Source: Nannocystis bainbridge | GTDB taxonomy: Bacteria > Myxococcota_A > Polyangia > Nannocystales > Nannocystaceae | Direction of reading: 5' to 3' | Assembly: GCF_028368995.1 (NCBI RefSeq) | Contig: NZ_JAQNDL010000003.1 | Coordinates: 2,784,001-2,848,000 of the forward strand | DNA length: 64,000 bases | Part shown: in pieces, positions 29,637-41,169 of the stretch | How the letters are laid out: every line of letters begins with the position of its first letter | Position numbering within the stretch: the first letter of the stretch is position 1 | Notes under the pieces: model-generated | Seen by the model: the letters and a program-made list of their open reading frames with translations, nothing else | The model's database searches: none | What the model was told of the DNA's origin: nothing | Program-made: the position numbers and the translations under genes

Positions 29637-30989
29637 CTACTTCGAGTTGGCGGCGCCGAACGTCGGCTTGCAGCCCGACGACCAGCTGCCTGCCGGCCCG
29701 TCGGCGATCCGGCAGAACGACAGCGCGGCCTGGTCGGCGCCGTAGGACACCTGCGACACGGGCGTGAGGTCGGGCTTCAGCAGCGTCACCGTGTCGCCGT
29801 TGGAGCTGAGGCCGAAAGGGTGCTGGCCGGCCAGATCGCCCTTGGCGACCACCATGAACTGCCCCGGCATCAGCTTCGCCCCGGCGGCGAACACCAGCTT
29901 CTCGAGGTCGTCGACGGGGTCGTAGGTCGCGTCGAACGCCTGGTCGGTGAGGATCCACCCCGCCATGTCGAGCGGGTCGGCCCCGGCGTTGAACAGCTCG
30001 ATCTCGTCGTTGGTCGACTCGAGCTCGTTGATCGCCGCCGCCAGGTCCGACATGCACATCGAGGTGTCGAGGATGCACTGCGGCGTGCAGGCCATCGCCC
30101 CGCCGGTGAAGCCCCGGTCGGCGCACTTGGCCGCCCCGACGTCGAGGCCGTCGCAGGGCTCGCCGCCCTCGCGCACCCCGTTGCCGCAGATCGTCAGCGC
30201 CTCGGTGTTGGCCGCCCCGAGGGTCTGCTCGCAGTGACCCCACGAACCTGTCCCATCGGGCAGGCGGCACCACGACACCATCGCCGTCACCCCCTCGACC
30301 GTCAGCGCGTCGATGACCGCGTCGTCGCCGTCGACCAGCGTCAGCGTCTCCTCGCTGCTCGAGCTGATCCCGAACGGCAGGTCGCCCTCGCCCGACATCA
30401 CGTCGAGCTCGACCAGCACCATCCGCTCGCCGGGCATCAGCGTCGTCCCCGCGGGGAACACGTAGGTCTTGTCGGCCGGCATCGTCGAATCGTCCGACAG
30501 CCGCCAGCCGGACAGGTCGGCCGGCGCCCCGCCGGCGTTCAGCAGCTCGATCGCGTCGCCCTTGCCGGCGTACGGCCCCGACTCCGCCCCCTTCGAGGTC
30601 AGCTCGTTGAGCGCCACCAGCCACTCGGCCGGCTCGCCCACGCAGTTCGAGACGTCGAGCGACAGGCAGTCGGGCGCGCACGCCAGCGGCCCCGAGAAGC
30701 CCGGGTCGACGTCGGCGCACGACATCCCGCCGAGCTCCGCCCCGTCGCACAGCTCGTCGCCCCCGACGATCCCGTCGCCGCACGCCGGCGCGCCCGGCCC
30801 CTCCGAGGTCACCGAAGGCCCGTCGCCGCTGCTGCTGCTGCCGTCCGGCCGGTCGCCGCCGCTGCTGCCGTCGTCCGGCGAATCATCGGTGGCGGAAGCA
30901 TTGTTCATACCGCCGCTCGGGTTGCAGCCGACCAGCGCCGGCCCCGCGATGCACAATAGTGACAGAGACACCCCTACGATTCGCCGCAT
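29637..30989 (-). CDS. Lipoprotein with two lamin-tail domains and Cys-rich repeats
   Basis: Lipobox LVGC. LNEL/INEL...IELxNAG...DLSGWRLSD/DMAGWILTD, PFGISS/PFGLSS, TLGAAN/TFGAAN twice. CGDG/CGNG repeats. Confidence 0.85.
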   Translation of the reverse strand: MRRIVGVSLSLLCIAGPALVGCNPSGGMNNASATDDSPDDGSSGGDRPDGSSSSGDGPSVTSEGPGAPACGDGIVGGDELCDGAELGGMSCADVDPGFSGPLACAPDCLSLDVSNCVGEPAEWLVALNELTSKGAESGPYAGKGDAIELLNAGGAPADLSGWRLSDDSTMPADKTYVFPAGTTLMPGERMVLVELDVMSGEGDLPFGISSSSEETLTLVDGDDAVIDALTVEGVTAMVSWCRLPDGTGSWGHCEQTLGAANTEALTICGNGVREGGEPCDGLDVGAAKCADRGFTGGAMACTPQCILDTSMCMSDLAAAINELESTNDEIELFNAGADPLDMAGWILTDQAFDATYDPVDDLEKLVFAAGAKLMPGQFMVVAKGDLAGQHPFGLSSNGDTVTLLKPDLTPVSQVSYGADQAALSFCRIADGPAGSWSSGCKPTFGAANSK

Positions 30990-31039
30990 GACTCACCCGT
31001 TGTTTTTTGCTGAGATTGGGGACGTGAGACTGATTCGCT

Positions 31040-32377
31040 TCAGCGCGACAGCGGCGCCCCGACCGCTGCCTCCAATTCGATGAGCGCGTCCCGGCGCTCG
31101 AAGCGGGCCGCCAGGTGCAGCCGCCGCGCGGCGACCCGACGCGCCTCGACCTCGAGGACCTCGACCACGTCGAGCGTGCCCGCCACCAGCGCCGCGTCGG
31201 CCTGGCCCGCCGCCGCGTCAACCTGCGGCAGCAGGTCTTGCTCGATCTCGAGGACCCGCGCGTCGGCCCGCTGCGCCCGCGCGATCGCCTCCGCGACCTC
31301 GCCGGCGATCGCCGCGACCTCCGCCCGCTCCTCGACCTGTCGCTGGCGGATCGTCGCCTTGGCCGCCTTGATCTTGCCGCGGTTCAAGCTGAACAAAGGG
31401 ACATCCACCGCGAACCCGACCCCGAACGACGACGGCGTCGCCGGCCCCGGGCCGAAGAAATAGTTGACCTGCGCCCAGCTGATCCACGGCGCCGCCGCCA
31501 CGCGCGCCAGCGAGATCGCCGAGCGCGCCTGACCGACCCGCGTCTGCGCCGCCCGCAGCTCCGGGCGCGACCGCAGCGCCTGCTCCGTCAGCGCCGTCGG
31601 GTCGAGCACCATGTCGGCGATGTCGAGCTGGGCCCGATCGACGCGGACGCGAAACGCCGGCCCCGGCCCGACCACGCGCGCCAGTTCGGCCTCGGTGCGG
31701 GCCAGCTCGCCGCGCAGCTTGCGGACCTCGTCGGTCGCCTCGGCGCGGGCCACCTCGGCCATCGCCAGCGCGACATCGGTCGCCACCGCGCGGGCCACCC
31801 GGGCCTGCAGTTGGCGCCTCCGCTCCTCGCACAGCGCCACCGCCTGCGCGACCTCCTCGAGGTCGGCGGTCAGCCACGCCAGGCGCGCGAACAGCCGCTG
31901 CACCCGCGCCCGCAGCTGCCTGCGCGCCGCCGTGGCCGCGTCCTGCGCCCCGGCGGCCGCGTGGCGGGCCCCTTCGACGCGGGCGCGCACGCTGCCGGGG
32001 CGGGGGATCGGTGCACGCAATCCGAGGTTGAAGCCGAGCCGCCCGGGCGCCGAGTCATCGACGCCGACGTTCGACACCCGCACGCTCGGGTTCTCGATCT
32101 GCCGGGCCGCGAATACCTCCGTCGCCGCCACCTCGGCCCGCGCCTCGACCACCGCCAATTCAGGGTTGTTGGCCAGCGCCAGCGCGTAGGCCTGCTCGAG
32201 CGTCAACGCGTCGCCGGCCGCGAGCGTCGCCGCCGTCGTGCCGGGCAAGCTCCCGCGCGGCGGACCGACCTGCATCTCGCGCCAGGTCGCGATCGCCCGC
32301 TCGGGCGAGACCGCCGGCGCGCTCGCGCAGCCGACTGCCGCCATTGCCGCGACCAGCGCCCAGCGCCCGCGAATCAT
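31040..32377 (-). CDS. TolC-family outer membrane efflux lipoprotein
   Basis: Lipobox AVGC, LTLEQAYALALANNPEL, ALRSRPEL, VPLFSLNRGKI. Confidence 0.85.
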   Translation of the reverse strand: MIRGRWALVAAMAAVGCASAPAVSPERAIATWREMQVGPPRGSLPGTTAATLAAGDALTLEQAYALALANNPELAVVEARAEVAATEVFAARQIENPSVRVSNVGVDDSAPGRLGFNLGLRAPIPRPGSVRARVEGARHAAAGAQDAATAARRQLRARVQRLFARLAWLTADLEEVAQAVALCEERRRQLQARVARAVATDVALAMAEVARAEATDEVRKLRGELARTEAELARVVGPGPAFRVRVDRAQLDIADMVLDPTALTEQALRSRPELRAAQTRVGQARSAISLARVAAAPWISWAQVNYFFGPGPATPSSFGVGFAVDVPLFSLNRGKIKAAKATIRQRQVEERAEVAAIAGEVAEAIARAQRADARVLEIEQDLLPQVDAAAGQADAALVAGTLDVVEVLEVEARRVAARRLHLAARFERRDALIELEAAVGAPLSR

Positions 32378-33570
32378 GGCACCTCCGGCGCCGCGGCGCG
32401 GCTCGGCAAGCTCGCCTCGACCAGCGGCGCCGCCAACACCTGCTCGGTCACCGGCTCCGGCGCGACCGGCTCCGCCGCGCACGGCGACGGCTGGCCCAGA
32501 AAGCTGACCGTGAACGCCTGCCCCGGCAGCAGCGGCGCCGCCTCGTCGAGCGCGACCGTGACCTCGCGACCCCACTCCGGCACCCCCGGGTTCCGGCGGC
32601 AGCGGGCCGGCAGCTCCCCGATCTGCGGCCCCAGCCCCGTCACGTGGGCGCCGACCGCCGGCCCGCCGGTCCCCCGCGCGCGCACCAGCGCCGCCTCGCC
32701 CACGCGCACCCGCCCGGCCTGCGCCTCGCGCAGGCACACCACCACCTCGTCGTCCTCGCCCGGCCCGCGGCCCATGATCGTCAGCACCGGCGCGTCCGGG
32801 CCCGCGACCTCGCCGGCGCGCACCACGATCTCCGTCACCCGGCCGTCGGCCGGCGCGCGCAGCACCGTCTGCTCGCGCCGCACTGCCAACAATTGCTCGC
32901 GCCCCGCCAGCACCGCCAGTTCGGCGCGGACCGGACGCAGCGCCAATTCCGTCGCGTCGGTCGGCAGCGCCGCGCGCCGGGCCCGGGCCACCGCCGCCTG
33001 GCGCACCAACTCGGGCACCAGCGAATCGGCCGCCTCGACCTCCTGTCGCAGCGCCGCGCGCTTGACCCCGAGCGCGTCGAGGTCGCGGCGATCGGCCATC
33101 CGCTCCTTCACCAGCCCGGCCAGCGCATCGAACTGGACGCTGACCGCCCGCAGCTCGGCCGCGCGGACCTCGCGATTGCCACGAGCTGTCCGCACGGCCA
33201 GCTCGGCCGCCGCCACCGAATCCTCGATCTCGCGCGCCTTGTCGTCCTGCTGCAGCGCCGACTCGCTGCGGACCGCCCCGAGCGACGCCTCCAGCCGCGC
33301 GCGCTCGGCCGCCAGGATCGCCTGCTCCGCCGCGAGCTCCGCCGTGTCGAGCACCGCCACCACCTGCCCCGCGCGGACCGGCTCGCCTGGCTTCACCTCG
33401 ACCGTGCGCACCCGGCCGGGCGACGTCGCCTGCACCGCGTATTCGACCCCGAGCGCGAACCCGACGGCCTGGCCCTCCGCGCGCACGTCGAGCCACAGCC
33501 CGCCGGCGCCGGCCATCGTCCCGGCCCAGACCACCCACGGGAGGATGCGAGTCCTGATATACCCAGACAT
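32374..33570 (-). CDS. HlyD-family membrane fusion protein
   Basis: GRVRTVEVKPGEPVRAGQVVAVLD, long coiled coil, LRAPADGRV. Confidence 0.85.
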   Translation of the reverse strand: MSGYIRTRILPWVVWAGTMAGAGGLWLDVRAEGQAVGFALGVEYAVQATSPGRVRTVEVKPGEPVRAGQVVAVLDTAELAAEQAILAAERARLEASLGAVRSESALQQDDKAREIEDSVAAAELAVRTARGNREVRAAELRAVSVQFDALAGLVKERMADRRDLDALGVKRAALRQEVEAADSLVPELVRQAAVARARRAALPTDATELALRPVRAELAVLAGREQLLAVRREQTVLRAPADGRVTEIVVRAGEVAGPDAPVLTIMGRGPGEDDEVVVCLREAQAGRVRVGEAALVRARGTGGPAVGAHVTGLGPQIGELPARCRRNPGVPEWGREVTVALDEAAPLLPGQAFTVSFLGQPSPCAAEPVAPEPVTEQVLAAPLVEASLPSRAAAPEVP

Positions 33571-33572
33571 GG

Positions 33573-34256
33573 CTAGATCTCCACTGTCGGCTCTTGCAGC
33601 AGCAATGAGACGTCCTGGACCCCCGGCAGCTCCTCGAGCGCGCGCACGAGCGCCGTCCGATGCCGCGGATCGCCGAGCCGCACCTGATAGGCGTGCTCCA
33701 TCGCCTCGCCCTGGGCCACTTCGCGCAATGTCACGAGCGCGAGGAAGCGGCTGTGCAGGCGCAGCAATTTCATCACCGGCGCCTCGTCGGCCCCGATCGG
33801 CAGCTGGAACCGCAGGAGCCCGTCGAAGCGGCGCTGGCTGCCGAACTCCGACAGCGTCAGCAGCCACACCGCCAGGCAGAACAGCGCCGTCCCGCAGAAC
33901 GCCGCCGCGTGGGCCCCGAGCCCGGCGGCGATGCCGGTGCCGAGGCCCGCGAACACGAAGATCATGTCGCGAGGGTCGCGCAGCGCCGTGCGAAAGCGGA
34001 CGATCGCCAGCCCGCCGGCGATCCCGAGCCCCGCGGCGATGCTGTTGCCGATCGCCAGCATCAGCATGCAGGCGATGATGCTGCCGAGCACGATCGCGTG
34101 GACCAGCCCTTGCGAATACGACATCCCGCGGAATGTCCACACGTACACCGCCCCGAGCGTCTGCGTCAGCCCGAAGGCCAGCAGCAGCGCCAGGGCCGCG
34201 CTCTTGAGCGCGAACGGCTCGGCGTCGCCGGCCGTCAGCAGGTCGAACGGGTTCAT
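33573..34256 (-). CDS. DUF4956 membrane protein
   Basis: GNSIAAGLGIAGGLAIVRFRTALRDPRD...GIAAG, ACT-like C-terminus. Confidence 0.9.
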   Translation of the reverse strand: MNPFDLLTAGDAEPFALKSAALALLLAFGLTQTLGAVYVWTFRGMSYSQGLVHAIVLGSIIACMLMLAIGNSIAAGLGIAGGLAIVRFRTALRDPRDMIFVFAGLGTGIAAGLGAHAAAFCGTALFCLAVWLLTLSEFGSQRRFDGLLRFQLPIGADEAPVMKLLRLHSRFLALVTLREVAQGEAMEHAYQVRLGDPRHRTALVRALEELPGVQDVSLLLQEPTVEI

Positions 34257-35047
34257 CGCCAGCCTCCTGCGAATCGGTAGGTCCGCGCGTCGGAGGCCCC
34301 GTAGAACGCCTTGATCGAGGTCCCGTACTTCGAGAACGAGCGCCGCGTCAGGTCGAGCCGCTCGACGATGTTGTGCAGCCACAGCGGCACCTGCGTCGTG
34401 AACTTGAGCTCGAGCACCGTCAGCGACTCGGGCGACCGCTGCGTCGCCCCGTCGTCGAGCGCCCGCCAGTTGTGGGCCGGCGCCGTGAACGTCCACTTGT
34501 CCATCACCTGCGCACGGATGCGCGTATCCATCGTCACCCGCACGTAGTCGTCGACGCGGCTGAAGTACGGCTCGCGGTCGTAGCGGACCAGCGTGAACGG
34601 CCGCAGGTGCAGCGTCCGCTGCAGCGCCAGGAACCGCTCGACCGCCGCGAGGTCTTTGCTGCCCACCTCTGCGGGGATCGGCGCCGCCGGGTCGGCCAGC
34701 AGCGCCGCCCAGGCCGCGCGCGACACCCGGCCGCGCGTCTTGGTGATGACATCGTTGATGCGCCGCTTGACCTCGAGGAACACCGGGCTCCCGGGCGCCT
34801 CGGCGTAGCCGCGCACCCGCACCTTGATCCGGTCGACCTGCTCGTGCTCGTTGGCCCAATAGAGGCCCATGAGCGGCGAATCGAGGTACAGGCTCTCGAT
34901 CGTGTAGCGCCCGCCGGGGCTGCGGGCCGCGTACGGGTCGATGTCACAGAACGGCCGGATCGCCGCGCGCAGCCGCGCCGCGGTCGCGCCGTCGATCAAG
35001 TACTTATATTCGCGCCTCTCGATCACGTTTGCCGTCACCACAGACAT
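34253..35047 (-). CDS. VTC (polyphosphate polymerase, CYTH/TTM) domain protein
   Basis: RREYKY, IESLYLDS, KVRVRGY, FLEVKRR, VRYDREPY, RVTMD, VLELKF, FSKY. Confidence 0.9.
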   Translation of the reverse strand: MSVVTANVIERREYKYLIDGATAARLRAAIRPFCDIDPYAARSPGGRYTIESLYLDSPLMGLYWANEHEQVDRIKVRVRGYAEAPGSPVFLEVKRRINDVITKTRGRVSRAAWAALLADPAAPIPAEVGSKDLAAVERFLALQRTLHLRPFTLVRYDREPYFSRVDDYVRVTMDTRIRAQVMDKWTFTAPAHNWRALDDGATQRSPESLTVLELKFTTQVPLWLHNIVERLDLTRRSFSKYGTSIKAFYGASDARTYRFAGGWR

Positions 35048-35629
35048 GACTGTCACCCTTCGTCGTCGCCGCGCCCCACGGCGCGCCATTGTGATGAATC
35101 GCCGCAGCGATCGTTCGGGCCGGGGACGCCCGCCAATTCACATCCGTCCATCCTAGGACCGCTTGTGCACCGAGACCGTGCGCTCGAGCATCGGCGGTCC
35201 CGATCGGGCCGCACACCGGGCCGGCGACGCGCTTCACGGCGTCGGCCGCGGCCCAGTCCCTCGCACGCGCAGCGCCCGCCCCGTCCCCCCCTCGCGGACC
35301 CCGACGCCTCCGTGGCCGAAATCTCGGCCCTGGCGCGCTCCCGCGCCCCGGCCCGCGCGATCACGCCAACCGCCAAACCTCCGCAGGGACGGCTCCAGCG
35401 GCTCCCCCGCCGGCTTCCGCCCGCCGCCGCCCCGTGACGCGGACCACCCCGCCCGCGCCCGCCCCCCCGTGACCGGCTCGACACCCACACGCCGGCCTCG
35501 TGGCGCCCTGCGGACAATGGTTCCACGCTTGCCTCGTCGTTCGCGCGGCCTCGACTCCGGTCCGGCGATCCGTAGATCCGTGACGCGCCGCCCTTGAATC
35601 CCTGGCCGCGCTGTTCACATTCCTCGAGC

Positions 35630-37015
<1,386 letters not shown>

Positions 37016-37018
37016 TCG

Positions 37019-38152
37019 TCACCGCTCTTGCCAGTCGATCGGCACCGGCTCGAACCACCCCGGCGGATAGCCGTAGTCCTCGCCGCACTCGTCGATCACC
37101 CCGAACGAGCGCGCGCCTGCTCCCGTCACCTCGTACGTCGAGCCGACCAGCAGGCTCGCGCTGCCGGCTTCGAGCTCCGCCGCCCAGCGCGGCGTCGCCG
37201 ACACCACGTGCGGCATGAACACCTCGCTGTTGCGGACGCAGCGGGCGCGTAGCCGCTCGAGCGCCGGCAGGCGCAGCACCTCGCGCAGCTCGGCCAGGCG
37301 GGCCGCCGCGATCGCTCGCCAGTCGGCGTAGCCGAGCATCTCGAGCACGCAGGCCGCGAACACCCGCGGGCGATTGAGCGGCAGCAGCGCGTCACAGTCG
37401 TCCTCGCCGCGGAACCCGGCCGACGGGCAGCGCTCGACCCAGCGGTCGGCGATCCGGTACACCGGCCGCACGCTGGTCCCGCCGAGCAGGATGTGCACCT
37501 CCGGCCGCAGCTCCGCCAGCCGCTCCAGCAGCTCGTCCTCGGTGCCCGCGCGCAGCTCCTCGGCCAGCGGCCCGGGCGCATCGAGCAGCAGCTCGCGGAT
37601 GTCCGATCGGACATGGTCGAAAGCGCAGACCAGCCCGCGGCTCCCGGCCTGCAGCGACCACGTCCCGCGCCGCGTCGTCGCCCGCCAGAACACCGCGCGG
37701 CTGCGGCGATGATCGCCCGCGGCCGCGGCCGTCAGCGCGCGCCGCAGGTGTCGCAGCCGGCGCGCCCGCGGCGGACCGGCGCCGATCGTCGGCTCGAACA
37801 GCACCAGCTGGCGCACCAGGTCCGGCCGGCGCAGGGCCGCGTGGATCGCCGCCGCGCAGCTCCCGGCCCACGCCACCACCTCCGCCGCCTCGCCCATGCT
37901 CTCGATCACCGCGATCAGATCGTCGCCGTGGCTCGCCCACCACCGCTGCGGCGCCGGCGTGCCGCGGCTGTCGCCCCAGCCGCGGCGGTCGTACGTCACC
38001 GCGCGCAGGTGCGGCGCCAGGTGATCGGCCGCGGCCGCCAGGCCTCGCCGCGTCATCCCGGTCGGGTGCACGAGCACCACCGGCTCGCCTTGCCCGCGCG
38101 ATTCGCCGACCAGCACGACACCGTCGGGTCGCTTGAGGGACCACGAGCGCAC
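37019..38152 (-). CDS. Alpha/beta hydrolase fold protein with degenerate nucleophile elbow and C-terminal extension
   Basis: PVVLVHP, TYDRRGWGDS, LVLFEP. AWAGS occupies the GxSxG position. Confidence 0.7.
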   Translation of the reverse strand: MRSWSLKRPDGVVLVGESRGQGEPVVLVHPTGMTRRGLAAAADHLAPHLRAVTYDRRGWGDSRGTPAPQRWWASHGDDLIAVIESMGEAAEVVAWAGSCAAAIHAALRRPDLVRQLVLFEPTIGAGPPRARRLRHLRRALTAAAAGDHRRSRAVFWRATTRRGTWSLQAGSRGLVCAFDHVRSDIRELLLDAPGPLAEELRAGTEDELLERLAELRPEVHILLGGTSVRPVYRIADRWVERCPSAGFRGEDDCDALLPLNRPRVFAACVLEMLGYADWRAIAAARLAELREVLRLPALERLRARCVRNSEVFMPHVVSATPRWAAELEAGSASLLVGSTYEVTGAGARSFGVIDECGEDYGYPPGWFEPVPIDWQER

Positions 38153-38227
38153 GCACCATGGTCGCACGAGTCGGGCCCCCCGTCAGCCCCCGATCGGTGG
38201 CGCGAGTCCCACTGCTACCATCCACGC

Positions 38228-39772
38228 ATGAACTCGCTCGCGCGTCCCTGCACCTCCGCCCTCGCGCTCGCGCTCGTGAGCGCGTGTCCCGGCGACCCCG
38301 CGACCACCAGCGACAGCGCGACCTCGTCGAGCTCGAGCGACGCGACCACCGACGCGACCACCGACGCGAACACCGTGACGGGCCCGGCCACGACCTCCGG
38401 CGACGCGACCGCCACCGAGCCCACCACCACCGAGCCCACCAGCGCGAGCACCACCTCGGACACCACCACCAGCGGCCCCGAGGAGGCCGCCCTGTGGCTC
38501 GTGCCGCTCGTCAGCCCCGGGGGCGCTGCCGCGCACAGCGTCGCCATCGCCGGTGACGGCGCCGTCATCGTCGGCGGCGTGTTCGCCGGCACGCTCGAGC
38601 TCGGCGATACGAGCCTCGTCAGCGCCGGTGGCCTCGACCTGTTCGTCGCTCGCTGGACCGCCGGCGGCCAGCTCGTGTGGGCCCGGCGCTTCGGCGGCCC
38701 CGACGACGAGCACGAGGCCTCGGTCAGCGTCGGCAGCGACGGCCGCGTCCTGCTGGTCGGCGAGTTCCGCAGCGCCCTCGAGCTGCCCGGCCTCGACCCC
38801 CTCGTCAGCCTCGGCCTCAGCGACATCCTCGTGCTGCAGCTCGCCGCCGACGGCGCCCCCGAGTGGTCGCGCGGTTTCGGCGGCCTCGGCGTCGAGCTCG
38901 AGCCGCGCGCCGTCTTCGACGACGCCGGCGACATCGTGCTCTCGGCCGCCTTCGAGTCGCTCATCGACCTCGGCGGCGGCCCGCTCGCCGCCGCCGACGC
39001 GCGAGACCTCCTGCTCGCCAAGTTCGACGCCACCGGCGCGCACCTGTGGTCGAAGAGCTTCGGCAACCTCGCCGACGCCAGCGCTCACGACCTCGCCGTC
39101 GGCCCCGCCGGCGACATCGCCGTCGCCGGCTGGTTCGCCAACTCGATCGACCTCGGCGGCGGCCCCTTCGCCGACGGCGGCGCCTACCTGGCCGTGTTCG
39201 CCGGCGACACCGGCGAGCACCGCTGGTCGCAGCAGCTCGCCAGCGGCAACTCGGCCGGCTGCGGCGTGCGCTTCGCCGGCGACGGCGGCGTCGCGCTGTC
39301 CGGGTGGTTTCAGGGCGCGATCGATTTCGGCAGCGGCCCCGCGCTCGCCACCGACGAGCACGCCGATCACTTCGCAGCGCGCTGGTCGGCCGACGGCGAC
39401 CTCACCTGGGCCGGCACCCACGGCGGGCCCAACGTCGACACCGGCTGCGGCCTCGCGCCTGGCCCCGACGGCGGCTGGATCCTCGGCGGCACCTTCAACC
39501 AGCAGATCGAGTTCGGCGGCGAGCTCCTGACCAAAAAGACAGCCCCGTGCGCCTTCCTGGCCAGCCTCGACGACGGCGGCGATCACCGCTGGTCGCTGCC
39601 GCTGTGCGCCGCGGCCGGCGGCAGCGTCGACCGGCTCGCCACCTATCCCGAAGGCCATGTGGTGCTCCTGGGCAGCTTCGCCGGCCCCGTCGAGCTGTTC
39701 GGCCAGTCCGTGGACGCCCCCCACCCCTACGGCCTCGTCGCCCACGTCCCGGCCCACCTGCTCGGGCGCTGA
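38228..39772 (+). CDS. Lipoprotein with beta-propeller (SBBP-like) repeats
   Basis: Lipobox VSAC, Thr linker, repeated G.F...IDLGGG...D.F/L.A.....G...WS..FG. Confidence 0.8.
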   Translation: MNSLARPCTSALALALVSACPGDPATTSDSATSSSSSDATTDATTDANTVTGPATTSGDATATEPTTTEPTSASTTSDTTTSGPEEAALWLVPLVSPGGAAAHSVAIAGDGAVIVGGVFAGTLELGDTSLVSAGGLDLFVARWTAGGQLVWARRFGGPDDEHEASVSVGSDGRVLLVGEFRSALELPGLDPLVSLGLSDILVLQLAADGAPEWSRGFGGLGVELEPRAVFDDAGDIVLSAAFESLIDLGGGPLAAADARDLLLAKFDATGAHLWSKSFGNLADASAHDLAVGPAGDIAVAGWFANSIDLGGGPFADGGAYLAVFAGDTGEHRWSQQLASGNSAGCGVRFAGDGGVALSGWFQGAIDFGSGPALATDEHADHFAARWSADGDLTWAGTHGGPNVDTGCGLAPGPDGGWILGGTFNQQIEFGGELLTKKTAPCAFLASLDDGGDHRWSLPLCAAAGGSVDRLATYPEGHVVLLGSFAGPVELFGQSVDAPHPYGLVAHVPAHLLGR

Positions 39773-39777
39773 GCGCT

Positions 39778-39834
39778 CGCGACCGCGGCCGCCCCGGAGC
39801 ACCGGAGCGGCCGCGTCGCGCGTCCTCATTTTTT
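39778..39834 (+). terminator. Long hairpin plus T6 between convergent genes
   Basis: cgcgaccgcggccgc...gcggccgcgtcgcg imperfect stem, tttttt at 39829-39834. Confidence 0.5.
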
Positions 39835-39840
39835 GAAGAA

Positions 39841-41169
39841 TCAGTCGAGGAACCAGAAGTACAGGTACGCGTGGGCGACCGCGATGCTGCCGAGCATCAA
39901 GGGGAACGCCAGCTTGGCGTACGTCAGGAACTTGAACTGAACGCCCTCGCGCTCGGCCAGCCCGGCCACCGTCAGGTTGGCGCTCGCGCCGACCAGGGTG
40001 CCGTTGCCGCCGAGGCACGCGCCGAGCGACAGGGCCCACCACAGCGGCATCACGCCCTCGGTGCCGCCCATCGCCGGCGTCATGCTCTTGATCAGTGGGA
40101 TCATCGTGGCGACGAACGGGATGTTGTCGATGATCGCCGACAGCACCGCCGACGCCCACAGGATCACCACCGCCGTGACGTTGCGGTCGCCGCCGGTGAC
40201 GTCGACCAGGCCGTGGGCCATGTGGTCGAGCAGCCCGGCGTGCTCGACGCCGGCGACCACCATGAACAGGCCGACGAAGAAGAAGATCGTGACCCACTCG
40301 ACCTCGCCGAAGATGTCCTGCACGCGGTGCGACTGGTCGGCGCCGGGGTGCTTGCGGACGTAGAGGAACATCAGCACCGCCGCGCCGAACATCGCCACCG
40401 TGCCCGGCTCGATGCCGGTCTGGCGCGACGTGATGAAGCCCGCCAGCACCGCCGAGAGCACGCCGAGCGAGCTGACCAGCAGGCCCGGGTCCGTGATCGC
40501 CTCGGCCGGCTGCAGCGCCATGATCTTGCGCTGCGCCTCCGGGTTGGCGCGCAGCTTCTTGCCCCAAATGGCGTGCAGCGCCAGCACCTGCAGCGCGATC
40601 AGCACCCCGACCACCGGCGCCAGGTTGCGCACGAAATCGTTGAACGACAGCGCCACCGCCGAGCCGATGAGGATGTTCGGCGGGTCGCCGATGAGCGTCG
40701 CCGTGCCGCCGATGTTCGACGCGAAGATCTCGGCGAACAGGAACGGGTAGGCCGGCACGTCGAGCTCGCGCGCCACCAGCAGCGTGACCGGCGTGATGAG
40801 CAGCACCGTCGTCACGTTGTCGAGCAGCGCCGACAGCACCGCCGTCACCAGCGTCAGCATGATGAGCAGCTTCCACGGCACCCCGCCGGCCTTGCGCGCC
40901 GACCAGAACGCGATGGACTGGAAGACGCCGCTCTTCCGCGTGATGTTGACGAGGAGCATCATCCCCGTCAAAAGCGCGATGGTGTTGAAGTCGACGCCGT
41001 GGATCGCCTGCTCTTGCGTGAGCACGCCGAGGCTGATCATCAGACCGGCGCCGAGCAGCGCCACCACGGCGCGATTGATCTTCTCCGACATGATCGCGGC
41101 ATACGTGAGGACGAGCAGCGCGGTGGACAGCCAGAGGGGATCGAGGCCGAAAATCACGTGTTCGGGCAT
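39841..41169 (-). CDS. ArsB/NhaD (ion transporter superfamily) permease
   Basis: SALLDNVTT, SNIGGTATLIGDPPNILIG, SAIIDNIPF, LGGNGTLVGASAN. Confidence 0.92.
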   Translation of the reverse strand: MPEHVIFGLDPLWLSTALLVLTYAAIMSEKINRAVVALLGAGLMISLGVLTQEQAIHGVDFNTIALLTGMMLLVNITRKSGVFQSIAFWSARKAGGVPWKLLIMLTLVTAVLSALLDNVTTVLLITPVTLLVARELDVPAYPFLFAEIFASNIGGTATLIGDPPNILIGSAVALSFNDFVRNLAPVVGVLIALQVLALHAIWGKKLRANPEAQRKIMALQPAEAITDPGLLVSSLGVLSAVLAGFITSRQTGIEPGTVAMFGAAVLMFLYVRKHPGADQSHRVQDIFGEVEWVTIFFFVGLFMVVAGVEHAGLLDHMAHGLVDVTGGDRNVTAVVILWASAVLSAIIDNIPFVATMIPLIKSMTPAMGGTEGVMPLWWALSLGACLGGNGTLVGASANLTVAGLAEREGVQFKFLTYAKLAFPLMLGSIAVAHAYLYFWFLD

